A stretch of DNA of 64,000 nt from a virus (lineage: Duplodnaviria; Caudoviricetes). Positions 39,095 through 49,391 of this stretch are shown here, piece by piece. Where the stretch lies: IMG/VR virus record IMGVR_UViG_3300031853_000001, positions 32,001 through 96,000 of that record; one strand, 5' to 3'. The first letter of the stretch is position 1. Every line of letters starts with the position of its first letter. A program made the translations under genes and the position numbers. The notes under the pieces were generated by a model. It saw only the letters and a program-made list of their open reading frames with translations. It did no database searches and was not told the origin of the DNA.

Positions 39095-39905
39095 CGTGCA
39101 TGGAGAGCCTGTAGAGTTTAAACATTTTAATGATGGCACATTACGTTTAAACGCTACACCAATTTATTCTTTTGATGGGGTAATTGATATTACTTGGCTT
39201 TATGATAATGATGAAGAAATGACACAACTTTATTTTCTTGTAAATCATTTTCGGCAAAGTTATCAAAGTCCTAGAATAATTTTAAATTTAGCTTATATTC
39301 CAAATGCTAGAATGGATAGAGTTAAAAGTGAAAAAGAATGCTTTACTTTGAAATATTTCTGTCAATTTATAAATGATTTAAATTTTGAAAAAGTTATTGT
39401 ATTTGACCCACATTCTAATGTCGCTACCGCACTTTTAGATAGAGTAGAAATTCATGGGCCTTATTGGTGTATTCATTCTCTTTTAAATACCTATCCTTCT
39501 GCTACTCTTGCTTTTGTGGATGAAGGCGGTTATAAACGCTATAAAGATATGATTGATGACCATTATTTTATTTTTGGTGTTAAAGACCGTGATTGGTCTA
39601 GCCAAAATATTAAGTCAATGCAAATTTTAGGCGCCAAACACATGATTGCAGGCCATGATATTTTAATAGTAGATGATATTGTTTCGCGCGGCAGTTCATT
39701 ATATTTACTTGCTAAGCAGCTAAAAGAGATGGGCGCGGAAAATATTTATGCGTGGATTTCTCATTGTGAAGATACAGTATTACAGCCGCATATTAACGGA
39801 CAATCACTATTAGATGTCCCAAATTTAATTACAAAGATATATACTACAAACAGTATTTATCGCGCAAATAACCCTAAAATTGAAGTTGTTAAAGAATTTA
39901 GATAG
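39087..39905 (+). CDS. ribose-phosphate pyrophosphokinase-like protein (phage Prs/Adps type)
   Basis: F.DG, YIPNARMDR, FDPHS, DEGG..RY, K.RD, PRPP loop LIVDDIVSRGSS. Confidence 0.85.
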   Translation: MINVHGEPVEFKHFNDGTLRLNATPIYSFDGVIDITWLYDNDEEMTQLYFLVNHFRQSYQSPRIILNLAYIPNARMDRVKSEKECFTLKYFCQFINDLNFEKVIVFDPHSNVATALLDRVEIHGPYWCIHSLLNTYPSATLAFVDEGGYKRYKDMIDDHYFIFGVKDRDWSSQNIKSMQILGAKHMIAGHDILIVDDIVSRGSSLYLLAKQLKEMGAENIYAWISHCEDTVLQPHINGQSLLDVPNLITKIYTTNSIYRANNPKIEVVKEFR

Positions 39906-39914
39906 GAGAAAATT

Positions 39915-40908
39915 ATGTCATTATTTAAGAAAAAATCCACACCAGCGCTACATCTTTTACTTAGTGAAGAACTTTCTCGCGCGAAAACAAAAGAGCAGCA
40001 TCATTTTTATTATGCTCTTTATGATAATGAGCGCGATTTAGCGCAGAAATGGTGTAATAAAAATAAAGTATATATGGAAGTAGACCATCAAACGAATGGT
40101 AATATTTTCTATAAGTTTATATTCTAATGGCTCAAACAGTTTTTGTTGTAGATTTATATGACAAATTTTCTCTTGACCACATTATTTCTAAACATAGAAT
40201 AAATGGCCGATGGTGGGCTATAAAAGAAGTACATTTAGAATGGGGAATCCCTCAATTATCTAAAATTGAGGATGGAAGTCCTATGCCATTTCGTTTATAT
40301 GAAACTATTGAAGAGGCCGAAGATTATATTAAGAAAATAAAAAGATTTGAAGGAGTTAGTTTTTAATGGATTTAAATGTATTCAAATGGTCTTTTAGACC
40401 CCGCTATTATTTAACTCATCCTTGGAAATGGATAAAAGAATTATTCAATAATATTCGCGCGGCATGGATGCGCGCGACTAAGGGCTATTGTTACTCTGAT
40501 TGTTGGAATTTTAATAGTTACTTTTGCGCGGTTGTTCCTCTTATTTTACGTCATATGGCAGATTATGGGATGGGTTATCCTGGTGGGGAACCATTTGATA
40601 CAAAAGAAAAATGGGAAACTTGGCTCCATGAAATGGCCAATAAAATTGAGCGTTTAGACTATGACGATTGGATGGAAGATTTAAACGAATATAGTAAAGA
40701 TTATGAAAAAACCTTTGAAGATGATTTTTATAAAGAAAAGCATCCAAATGGGCCATTTATAACAACTACTTATGATTCTTCTTTAAGCAAAGAAGAAATT
40801 CGTAAGAAATATTACGAACGTTGTGTAGAAATACATAAAATACGGCCACAAGTATTAGAAGATTTTGGAAAGTCCTTCTTTAAATTTTTTGATTGTCTCT
40901 GGGACTGA
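39915..40908 (+). CDS. three hypothetical ORFs (39915-40127, 40127-40366, 40366-40908)
   Basis: translationally coupled TAATG junctions. Confidence 0.6.
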
Positions 40909-40965
40909 TTTTATAAAAGAGGGAAAAATAATGTATTTTGGGACTAATATAAAGGAGGTATAATT

Positions 40966-41202
40966 ATGGCACAAGCTTATTCAAGACACGTTTGGAGTTC
41001 TAATGAACTAATTACTGAAGCTAAATTAAATCATATTGAGGAAGGTATAGCTAATGCTGACTCTAAAGCCACGGAACAAATTGCTAGTATTATCGAGAAT
41101 AAAGACTTTATAAATGAAAAAGTTGGAGAAATGATTACTAACTTGGGTTTTTCAGTTAATGCGGAAAATCAAACTTTAAATATAGGAATAACGGGAACTT
41201 AA
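40966..41202 (+). CDS. small protein with ITEAKLNHIEEGI motif (virion-protein-like)
   Basis: AAGGAGG SD; motif typical of phage structural N-termini. Confidence 0.55.
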   Translation: MAQAYSRHVWSSNELITEAKLNHIEEGIANADSKATEQIASIIENKDFINEKVGEMITNLGFSVNAENQTLNIGITGT

Positions 41203-41271
41203 TTTAATAGTTGACTTTTTTCTAAAATTTTGTTATAATAAATATAGAAAAGAGAGAGAGAAGATTTTAAT

Positions 41272-41625
41272 ATGTTTAAGTATTGTTATGTTTGCGGGAA
41301 AATTATTCCAAATAATGCTCCCTATTATAAGATTGGTGAGAATAGTTATACTTGTCTAAATAATGAATGTTTTAACTTTTATTACTGGGATAATTTAGCG
41401 ACTAAAATGGTTGATAATAAAAATCATGAGTATGCTATTATCAATCAAAAAGTTTATCAAATTGGTAGTGAGAATGATGAACCACGAGGTTTTGGTGGAC
41501 AATCTTGGACTATTCAATTTAATGATGGAGTTATAATAAATACTAATTCTCTTTGGTATCGAGGAGAATTGCCCGGACGATTGCGACATGATTTTAAGGA
41601 TAACGCAAAATTTATAATGCATTAG
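41272..41625 (+). CDS. hypothetical protein (CxxC, GFGG...T..LW..G)
   Basis: own promoter. Confidence 0.65.
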   Translation: MFKYCYVCGKIIPNNAPYYKIGENSYTCLNNECFNFYYWDNLATKMVDNKNHEYAIINQKVYQIGSENDEPRGFGGQSWTIQFNDGVIINTNSLWYRGELPGRLRHDFKDNAKFIMH

Positions 41626-41732
41626 AAAGGATAAAATTAACTTTGTAATTTTACTACAAAGTTAATTTTTTAAGAAGAAAATATACTTATTTTATTATTT
41701 TACCACTACTATTCTAATGGAGGGAATAGAGA

Positions 41733-41930
41733 ATGAGTATAAAAGAAAAATTGCAATACTTTTCTGACCACGGTATGTCAGTTACATACATAGCGAAAAA
41801 AATGAATATTTCGCCGCCGACGCTTACAAAATGGTTAAATGGTCAAAAGGGTATTACACACAAAAATGAAGAATTACTTTATTCCACTCTAAAAGAAATA
41901 GCGAAAGATTTTTCGTTAATATTGGAGTGA
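41733..41930 (+). CDS. HTH DNA-binding protein
   Basis: SVTYIAKKMNISPPTLTKWLNG. Confidence 0.75.
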   Translation: MSIKEKLQYFSDHGMSVTYIAKKMNISPPTLTKWLNGQKGITHKNEELLYSTLKEIAKDFSLILE

Positions 41931-42832
41931 GAACAATGGGAAATCTTATTGATTTAACAGGAAAAAAATTTGGCCGTTTGACAGTTTTAGAACGAGATTT
42001 TTCTAAAGAAAGAGTATATTGGATTTGTAAATGTCAATGTGGAAATTTAAAATCTATTCGTTCAGATAGTTTAAAAAATGGGGCAATTCAATCTTGCGGA
42101 TGTTTATGGAAAGAACGAATAAGAGAAAATAATAACATAGATTTAATAAATCAACAATTTGGGAAATTACTTGTAAAAGAAAAAATTATTATTAATAATA
42201 AAACTAAATGGAGATGTTTGTGTAATTGTGGAAAAGAAGTTTTTGTTTCTACTGGTAATTTAACAAGTGGGCATACTAAAAGTTGTGGATGCTTACAAAA
42301 AGAAATTGTTCATAATAATAATTTTATTGATTTAACTGGTCAAACTTTTGGAAAATTAAAAGTATTAGAATTAACAGGAAAGAAAAATAATCGTACTATG
42401 TGGCGTTGTCAATGTGAATGTGGAAATATTATTGAAACTCGTGGCACCGATTTACGTTATAGAAAAAATAGAAGTTGTGGTTGTGTTGAATCTAAGGGAG
42501 AACAAATTATTACTAATTTATTAATACAAAATAATGTTTCTTTTGTCACCCAAAAAAGATTTGCTACGTGTAGAAATCCAGAAACCAACGCTCAATTAAT
42601 TTTTGATTTTTATATTAATGATTCTTTCTTGTTAGAGTATGATGGTGTTCAGCATTATCAAACATCAAGCGGATGGAATAATGAACAACATTTAAATTAT
42701 ACTAAGTTGCATGATAATATAAAAAATCAATGGTGTTGTGAAAATAATATACCATTAAAAAGAATTCCTTATTGGGAATTAGATAGTATAACAATAGAAA
42801 ATATAATGGATAATACATTTTTAATCACTTGA
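41927..42832 (+). CDS. free-standing homing-endonuclease-like protein
   Basis: 3x DL.G..FG.L.V..W.C.C.CG..SCGC repeats + SKGE..FDFY..EYDG.QHY..HD..K..IPY. Confidence 0.8.
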   Translation: MRTMGNLIDLTGKKFGRLTVLERDFSKERVYWICKCQCGNLKSIRSDSLKNGAIQSCGCLWKERIRENNNIDLINQQFGKLLVKEKIIINNKTKWRCLCNCGKEVFVSTGNLTSGHTKSCGCLQKEIVHNNNFIDLTGQTFGKLKVLELTGKKNNRTMWRCQCECGNIIETRGTDLRYRKNRSCGCVESKGEQIITNLLIQNNVSFVTQKRFATCRNPETNAQLIFDFYINDSFLLEYDGVQHYQTSSGWNNEQHLNYTKLHDNIKNQWCCENNIPLKRIPYWELDSITIENIMDNTFLIT

Positions 42833-42888
42833 TTTTTTTTAAAAATTATAGTATAATAAATGTATAAAAAGGAGAAAGGAAAATAAAT

Positions 42889-43770
42889 ATGAGTGATATT
42901 AAGCTTCATTTTTTTGTGGGCATTAGTGCGAGTGGGAAAACGACTAAGGCCTATGAAATGTTTGGTAAAAATTCTGTTATTATAGATTCAGATAATGTTC
43001 GTGCACGAATTTGTCCTGGTGGCGCTACTGACCAGTCTATGAACGCCCGTGTTTTTGAACATATGTATCGTGAAACCTGTGAGTGTCTTTCTCGCGGAGT
43101 TTCTGTTTGCTATGTTGCTACTAATCTATCTGCGAAGCGTCGTATTTCCTTTCTAAAAAATATCCGTAAGCGTTTTCCTGGCCTGGAATGTATCTGCTAC
43201 ATTATTAACACTCCTATTGAAACTTGTTATGCGCGAAACGATAGCCGTTCTCGCACCGTTCCTGATTATGTAATCGGACGCCAGCTTCAGTCTTTTCAAA
43301 TTCCGTGCGAAGCAGAAGGATGGTCGCGGATTGAGGTTGTTGATAACTTTGATAAAAAAGAAGAATATCGTGAAGATACTGTAATGAAGGTTATGAAGTT
43401 TGGCTCCCAACAGAATAAACATCATTCTTTAAGTTTATTTGACCATTGCACTAAGTGCGGCCGCCTTGCTGAAGATATGGGATATGGGGATACTTTGCAG
43501 CAGGCCGCGTATATTCACGATTATGGTAAAATCCATACTGCTGTGCGCTGGCCCGATAAGGATGATGACCTTCATTATCCTAATCATGCACAGGTTGGAG
43601 GTTATCTCGCTTTGAATATGGGTTATTCCCTATATGTCGCACAATTAGTTGGAGCACATATGTATCCCTATGCTTCCGCGCGCGAACAGGAAGTTTGGCG
43701 TGTTCGTTTTGGTGAAAAACTTTGGAATGATGTTCTAAAATTACATAAACTAGATTTGGAGGCCCACTAA
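42889..43770 (+). CDS. polynucleotide kinase (P-loop) fused to HD domain
   Basis: GISASGKTT, DSD..R, ATN....R, RN..R.R.VP; H...H, IHDYGK, HAQVG. Confidence 0.85.
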   Translation: MSDIKLHFFVGISASGKTTKAYEMFGKNSVIIDSDNVRARICPGGATDQSMNARVFEHMYRETCECLSRGVSVCYVATNLSAKRRISFLKNIRKRFPGLECICYIINTPIETCYARNDSRSRTVPDYVIGRQLQSFQIPCEAEGWSRIEVVDNFDKKEEYREDTVMKVMKFGSQQNKHHSLSLFDHCTKCGRLAEDMGYGDTLQQAAYIHDYGKIHTAVRWPDKDDDLHYPNHAQVGGYLALNMGYSLYVAQLVGAHMYPYASAREQEVWRVRFGEKLWNDVLKLHKLDLEAH

Positions 43771-43771
43771 T

Positions 43772-45714
43772 ATGAAGTTTATCCCAGAAAATTTTGTATC
43801 TTATGATGAAATCGCAACTGCTAATGAGCAAGGAGTAGCAATTGAAGTGCGTCTTTGCCGCAGTTGCCCACTGTTCCAGCCTGATGGTATTCAAACGGAG
43901 AAGCCAATTATTCACGGCTGGTGTGCTCGTCTTTCTGATGAGGAACTTCCACATTATATTCGCGTAACTACGGAAGATTTTTGCCGAGAAAGTCGTATTA
44001 AAGATGAAGTATTATAATAAGAAAGGGTAAACAATGAGTATGTTGCTTTTTATTATTTTTGTTCTATTATTTATATTACTAGACCAAAATGATAATCATG
44101 GAGGTTTTGTATGATTTATATGATGTTTGTTGGGATTATTTTGCTTACTATTGGGTGTTCTGGGATTATCTTTTGTGATGATGAAGATAAAGATGAAAGT
44201 AATTAGTTCAACTTTTCCTGGCCGAATTGCTATTTGTCCTAGTTGTGGGGCGCTTTTTGGTGATATAAAAGATAGTGATATTTATGGTAAAGATTTATAC
44301 TGCTTAATCTGTAAGCAAAAAATTCCTATTGATTATGATAAAAATTATAATGGAATTATAGAGGAGAAAAAAGATGTTGTATAATCCAAATTATTATAGT
44401 TGGGGGCCAGAAGGATGGCGTTGCCCAGAGTGCGGCCGCGTGTATAGTCCTACAACCCCAATGTGTTTTTATTGTAGTAATAAAGAAGGAACTGTTCTAT
44501 CTACGGGAACTGGCATCAATGATAGTAAATGGTGGGAAGAGTATCTAAAACAATCTCAAACTGGAAAACCAGTTGATGATAATCCTTCTACTACAACCTC
44601 TACTACAAATATAGACCCAAATGCCAAGACAATAACTTGGAATAATATGGGAACTGGCCACATTGAAGTTGGTAAAGATGGTTCTATTATGTGGAAAGGC
44701 CCTGTTCCCGAAATTCATTATCCTTCTACTTTACAAGAATGGTTTGAGGTATTTAATAATGAAGAATGAAAAAGCTATTGAGATTTTAGCCAACATTAGA
44801 GTTCAATCTTTATTAGATAATAAACAAGAAGAAGCAGATGCTTTGTTTTTAGGAATGAGGTATTTGGCTTCAATTACAAATCGTCCATATGTCAAATGTA
44901 AATATTGCGGCAAATGGTATAGAAGGCAAGTTGAAGAGCAGGCTTATGATGAAAATGATATAGTCGTATATTATTGTTATTGTCCTTATTGCGGCGAAGA
45001 GTATGAGTGGAATGAGTGTTATTGGAGGTAAATATGATTATTTCCGCGGCCGTGAGAGCAACTGTGAATGGCGAAAAAGTTATCATACCTTGCCACCGCC
45101 ATTGCGATTTCTTCGAAATTATGAAAGTATTACACTGTCAGTATGATAAGGCAAGCGTAGAACAAGGTTTTATAGACTGGAATGAATTAGAACGAAAAGA
45201 AGAATTTGTTTCGCGCGTGGAAGCTTTTAAACGCGCGCAAATAGCAAATCAAATTCCTAAATGTAAAGAACCAACTGAATTATTTAGCGAAATGCTTTGG
45301 TAAAGGAGAAAATATATTATGTTATTTATTATTTGTTTAATCGTTACTGTTATTTCTATTTTTCTAGCTTTTATGTTTAATAAAAAGGATTGTGATATAG
45401 CCAGTTTAATCGCTGGTATTGTCGCTCTTCCTACCGCTGCAGCGACTATAATAATGTTGTTTGTTCTATTAATTACTTATACCGGTTGTCCAAAAACGGA
45501 AGCACAATGGCAAGAACGTTATGCCTCTTTAAATACTAGAATTGAAAATCATATGTATTATCCTTGGGATCGTGAAGATTTAATTGAAGAAGTCCAAAAG
45601 TGGAATGAAGATTTTGCTGCACAAGAGCGCTCGCACAATGATTTTTGGGTAGGTATTTTTAATCCTGAATCTATTGAGGGTTTAGATAAGATTGATTTAA
45701 CGAGGATTGAGTAA
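43772..45714 (+). CDS. run of small hypothetical ORFs (43772-44017, ~44192-44384, 44374-44769, 44759-45031, 45034-45303, 45319-45714)
   Basis: coupled ORFs, several CxxC; last has two N-terminal TM segments. Confidence 0.55.
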
Positions 45715-45803
45715 TTTATAGAGAAAGTTTTTAACTTTCTCTATAAAATTATTTTTTTAAGTAGAAAACCCCTTGTTCTTGGGCTAGCGAACCCACAATT
45801 ATA

Positions 45804-46019
45804 ATGGAGGTGAGAGTATTGGATACTCAAAAACTTTTACAACAAGTAAATGAAACTGGAACACCAATTGCTTTTATAGCTAAAAATATAGGAAAAGACC
45901 CATCTACTCTTCATAAGTGGATGCGAGGAACAAGTAAATATCTTGCGACAGAAACGCAAGAAAAACTAATTCAAGAGATAAAAAGAATTAAACAACTTTG
46001 GGAAAATATTGAAATTTAA
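45804..46019 (+). CDS. HTH DNA-binding protein
   Basis: IAFIAKNIGKDPSTLHKWMRG; resembles 41733. Confidence 0.7.
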   Translation: MEVRVLDTQKLLQQVNETGTPIAFIAKNIGKDPSTLHKWMRGTSKYLATETQEKLIQEIKRIKQLWENIEI

Positions 46020-46028
46020 GGTGATAAT

Positions 46029-46199
46029 ATGACATTATTTCCAGTTTTTTCAAGACGAATTGTGTCTGAATTAGAAAAATTAGGTTTCCAAGTGGTTAAT
46101 ATTGCCCCTAATAGAAAATTACCTGGTTTTAAAGTTTATTATTTTGAAGAGACAGTAGAATTAAGAAATGCTGTTCAAAAACTTATCCAGAGAAAATAA
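46029..46199 (+). CDS. 56-aa DUF5659-like protein
   Basis: VFSRRIVSELEKLGF......PN......VYYFEET; below ORF-track cutoff. Confidence 0.6.
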   Translation: MTLFPVFSRRIVSELEKLGFQVVNIAPNRKLPGFKVYYFEETVELRNAVQKLIQRK

Positions 46200-46242
46200 T
46201 TCTCTGACACTATTTAACACATATACAACGGAGTTGATTATT

Positions 46243-46587
46243 ATGGCTAATTATGCTAATCAATTAACTATAAAATTAGAGCTTGATAAAACATTATATC
46301 AAGGCGGTGATAATCGCGGCGAAATGTATACGAAAAAAGTATATTGGAAATATAAAAAAGCCGCAATGAAAAAATTAACCGGCAATGGTTATAAACTTTG
46401 GGATTATTTATATTCTTGGGCAGGTGCTAATTCTTTTGATTTTTCACCAAAGAAAATTACAGATGAAATTGGAATTAGCGATAAAGGAATTCGTCTTGCT
46501 AGACAAGAATTAGAACGTTTTAATTGTTTAAAATTAGAAGAAGGAAAAAATAATATTTATATTTTTACTCCTGACGCAATCCTGTAA
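46243..46587 (+). CDS. winged-HTH protein, replication-initiator-like
   Basis: LTGNGYKLWDYL..FSPKKI..EIGIS.KGI..ARQEL....L; followed by repeat cluster. Confidence 0.55.
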   Translation: MANYANQLTIKLELDKTLYQGGDNRGEMYTKKVYWKYKKAAMKKLTGNGYKLWDYLYSWAGANSFDFSPKKITDEIGISDKGIRLARQELERFNCLKLEEGKNNIYIFTPDAIL

Positions 46588-46710
46588 TTTTTACCGCATT
46601 CAATACGGTAAAAATTACTAGAGTCTAACAATCAAAATTACCATTACCTTTGGTAATTTTTACTAGAGCATACGGTAATTTTTACCAGAGATTATGGTAA
46701 AAATTATAGG
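46585..46710. repeat. iteron-like GGTAAAAATTAC / GTAATTTTTACC repeats followed by AT-rich tract
   Basis: about 5 copies in both orientations (46585, 46607, 46652, 46674, 46696); one more at 33138. Confidence 0.7.
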
Positions 46711-46849
46711 AGTAATATAAATAATATATAAATAATTATATAAATAAAAATAAAAATAAAATAAAAATATGGCGGCAAGCCGCGAAAAATTCTTGACTTT
46801 TTTCAAAATTTCTGCTATAATTATTATAGAAAGTGAAAAGGAGAAGAGT

Positions 46850-47632
46850 ATGAATAAGCAAGAAATCTTCAATCATTTTTCTACAATAATTGACGAAATG
46901 ATTAACAATTCTCTTTTTTGGTCTACCTATTGGCAGCGTCCCTATGGTTTTGGTGATACCATAGACGGAAGCGATTATGACGAAATGCCTGCGCACATTT
47001 TAGTGTGTAGCGGTGCGACTCGTACTTGCCTTGTCGATGAAGACTACGATTGGGTTGTTAAGTTTGATGTTGAAGAAGATGCTTATGGTAGCGCTTGTGA
47101 GCGCGAAGAACGTATTTATGACGCGGCGAAGGCTTATGCTCTTGACCGCTATTTTGCGGAAGTAGTGTATCTTGGTCGCTATACGCGCGAAATTAACTTC
47201 TATGACATCTGCGACATTGAGCGTTGGTGTGATTTGTTTGATTATGACCCGAAGTATTTTGAACAGGCTTTTATGGAGAATGAGGAAAAGTTTGGGCCTA
47301 TTCGTCCTATTGTAATTTCTGTGCCGCTTTATGCCTATCGTAAGGCTACTGCTTATGATTGCGGGCCTGTTGATGCAGATAGTCGTGCTCGCGCGAAGAA
47401 GATTGCTAGTCCGCTTTATTCTCGCAATATTGCGGTTGCAACTGCTTTCATCCGCGAATTTGGTATGGATGAATATAAGGCTTTTTCTGAATTTGGTCTT
47501 GAATGGGATATTAACGACCTTCATTGTAATAATGTTGGGGAAATTGACGGACATTTTTGTATAATTGATTACTCTGGATACCACGACCCTTATTATGATG
47601 ACGAAGATGAAGATTGGAAGAAAGGAGATTAA
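46850..47632 (+). CDS. protein-kinase-like (APH/RIO fold) protein
   Basis: SGATR..VVK..E..IY; DLHCNN; IIDYSG. Confidence 0.75.
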   Translation: MNKQEIFNHFSTIIDEMINNSLFWSTYWQRPYGFGDTIDGSDYDEMPAHILVCSGATRTCLVDEDYDWVVKFDVEEDAYGSACEREERIYDAAKAYALDRYFAEVVYLGRYTREINFYDICDIERWCDLFDYDPKYFEQAFMENEEKFGPIRPIVISVPLYAYRKATAYDCGPVDADSRARAKKIASPLYSRNIAVATAFIREFGMDEYKAFSEFGLEWDINDLHCNNVGEIDGHFCIIDYSGYHDPYYDDEDEDWKKGD

Positions 47633-47640
47633 AAATAATA

Positions 47641-48450
47641 ATGGACCATTCTGATATTGGTGCCCGTATGAAGGCATACGAAAATTGTTATAGACTATAT
47701 CTACCGAAGCGCCAGGCCGTTATTGTCCGTATTGATGGCAAGGCGTTCCACAGCTTTACAAAGGGTTTTAACCGACCATATGATACTGTATTCGCAAAGG
47801 CTATGTGGGAAACCGCAAAGCAGCTTTGTGAAAATATTGGTGGTTGTGTGTTTGGTTATACACAAAGCGACGAAATTTCCCTTGTTCTGGTAGATTATAA
47901 GAATATTAACACCGAGCCTTGGTTTGGCAATAATCTACAAAAAATTGTAAGTATCAGCGCGAGTATGGCTACTTTCTTTTTTAGGCAGAATTTTATAAAC
48001 TCTATTGTAAAGCATGACCATCTTTCTCCAGAAGAGCAAAACGCTCATTTTAAAGCTTATGGAGAAAAAATGGCTGTATTTGATGCTCGTGCGTTTATTC
48101 TTCCACGAGAAGAAGTTTCTAATTATATTTACTGGCGGCAACTAGACTGCGTGCGAAATAGTATTCAACTTGCGGGCCAGACTTACTTCTCGCACAAGCA
48201 ACTTCAAAATAAGAATTGCGACCAGATTCAGGAAATGCTTTGGCAAGAGCACCAAGTAAATTGGTCTAAGTATCCTACTTGGTTTAAGAATGGTGTCGCT
48301 ATTTACAAGCAGCCACGAGAAATTTCTTACGCAAATGAAGATGGTTCCGCCGCGTGCGTAGTGCGAGATAAGTGGACTATTGACCTAGAAATGCCAATGG
48401 TTTCTCAAAATCCTGACTTTATTAATAAGTGGGTTATTTTTAAGGAGTAA
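47641..48450 (+). CDS. tRNA(His) guanylyltransferase Thg1/TLP family
   Basis: RIDGKAFHSFT, YTQSDEIS, QKIVSISAS, FDAR, YWRQ.DC.RNS. Confidence 0.92.
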   Translation: MDHSDIGARMKAYENCYRLYLPKRQAVIVRIDGKAFHSFTKGFNRPYDTVFAKAMWETAKQLCENIGGCVFGYTQSDEISLVLVDYKNINTEPWFGNNLQKIVSISASMATFFFRQNFINSIVKHDHLSPEEQNAHFKAYGEKMAVFDARAFILPREEVSNYIYWRQLDCVRNSIQLAGQTYFSHKQLQNKNCDQIQEMLWQEHQVNWSKYPTWFKNGVAIYKQPREISYANEDGSAACVVRDKWTIDLEMPMVSQNPDFINKWVIFKE

Positions 48451-48452
48451 AT

Positions 48453-48806
48453 ATGGCTGAATATAATAAAGTAATGGAAGAGTATAATCGGATGTGCGAT
48501 TATTATTGCAAAAATTATGGTATTGATGAAGAATGCTCGCTTGAATGCCCTTTAAGCGGGAAAAATAATCCAGATTTAAGATACTATTCTGGATGTGATG
48601 AATTTTTATATAAAGAAGCAGAAAAAGCAGAACAAATAATTATGAAATGGGCGCGCGAACACCCACCAATTTATCCAACTATTGGAGAAGTAGTAGAAGA
48701 AATTTGTCGGCTAATGAACATTCCTCCAAAAACGAATCTTAATACTATTTATGATGAGCATTTAACAGAAGAAGCCGCGGATAGATTTAATATTAAACCC
48801 CGTTAA
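48453..48806 (+). CDS. hypothetical protein
   Basis: RMC..CPL..KWAREHP motif common in Clostridia phages. Confidence 0.6.
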   Translation: MAEYNKVMEEYNRMCDYYCKNYGIDEECSLECPLSGKNNPDLRYYSGCDEFLYKEAEKAEQIIMKWAREHPPIYPTIGEVVEEICRLMNIPPKTNLNTIYDEHLTEEAADRFNIKPR

Positions 48807-48875
48807 TAAATATTTGACTAACTCCCCAAATTATAGTATAATAAATATGTAAGCAAGGAAAGGGGATATTTTGAA

Positions 48876-49310
48876 GTGAATGAGAGGTTTTTTAAATTCG
48901 CGCGTGAAGCGTCCAAGAAAGCGGATTATTGTGGTGATAATGGAAAAGGCCATGCACCCGCGATAGGCGGCGTTGCAGTTTTGAAAGGCTCTATTGTAGC
49001 AGAAGCTTGGAACACCAATAAAACCTCTCCTCTTCAAGCAAAGTATAATAAGTATCGGTATTATAATCCTTCTCTAAAGGATAAATCTCATTGTGAGACA
49101 GTTCTTTGTCAAAGATTGAGATGGAAATTTGGAGATAATTTAGATTGGTCAAAAATTGATATTTATCTTTATAGGGAATATAAAGATGGTAGACTCGCAA
49201 TGTGTCGTCCTTGTTGTAGTTGCTTGCATATGTTGAAAGAAGAATTTGGTATTAAAAGAATTTTTTATACTACTCCAGATGGTTTTTGTGAAGAAAAATT
49301 TAAATTATGA
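48876..49310 (+). CDS. cytidine/dCMP-deaminase-fold protein
   Basis: HCE (HxE) and RPCCSC (PCxxC) zinc motifs; IFYTT. Confidence 0.8.
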   Translation: MNERFFKFAREASKKADYCGDNGKGHAPAIGGVAVLKGSIVAEAWNTNKTSPLQAKYNKYRYYNPSLKDKSHCETVLCQRLRWKFGDNLDWSKIDIYLYREYKDGRLAMCRPCCSCLHMLKEEFGIKRIFYTTPDGFCEEKFKL

Positions 49311-49391
49311 AAAAAAATTCTATTTTTTATTGTGTATCAACAGCTATAAATTATTGCCCCATTTGCGGCAGAAAGTTAAAGGATACAGAAA

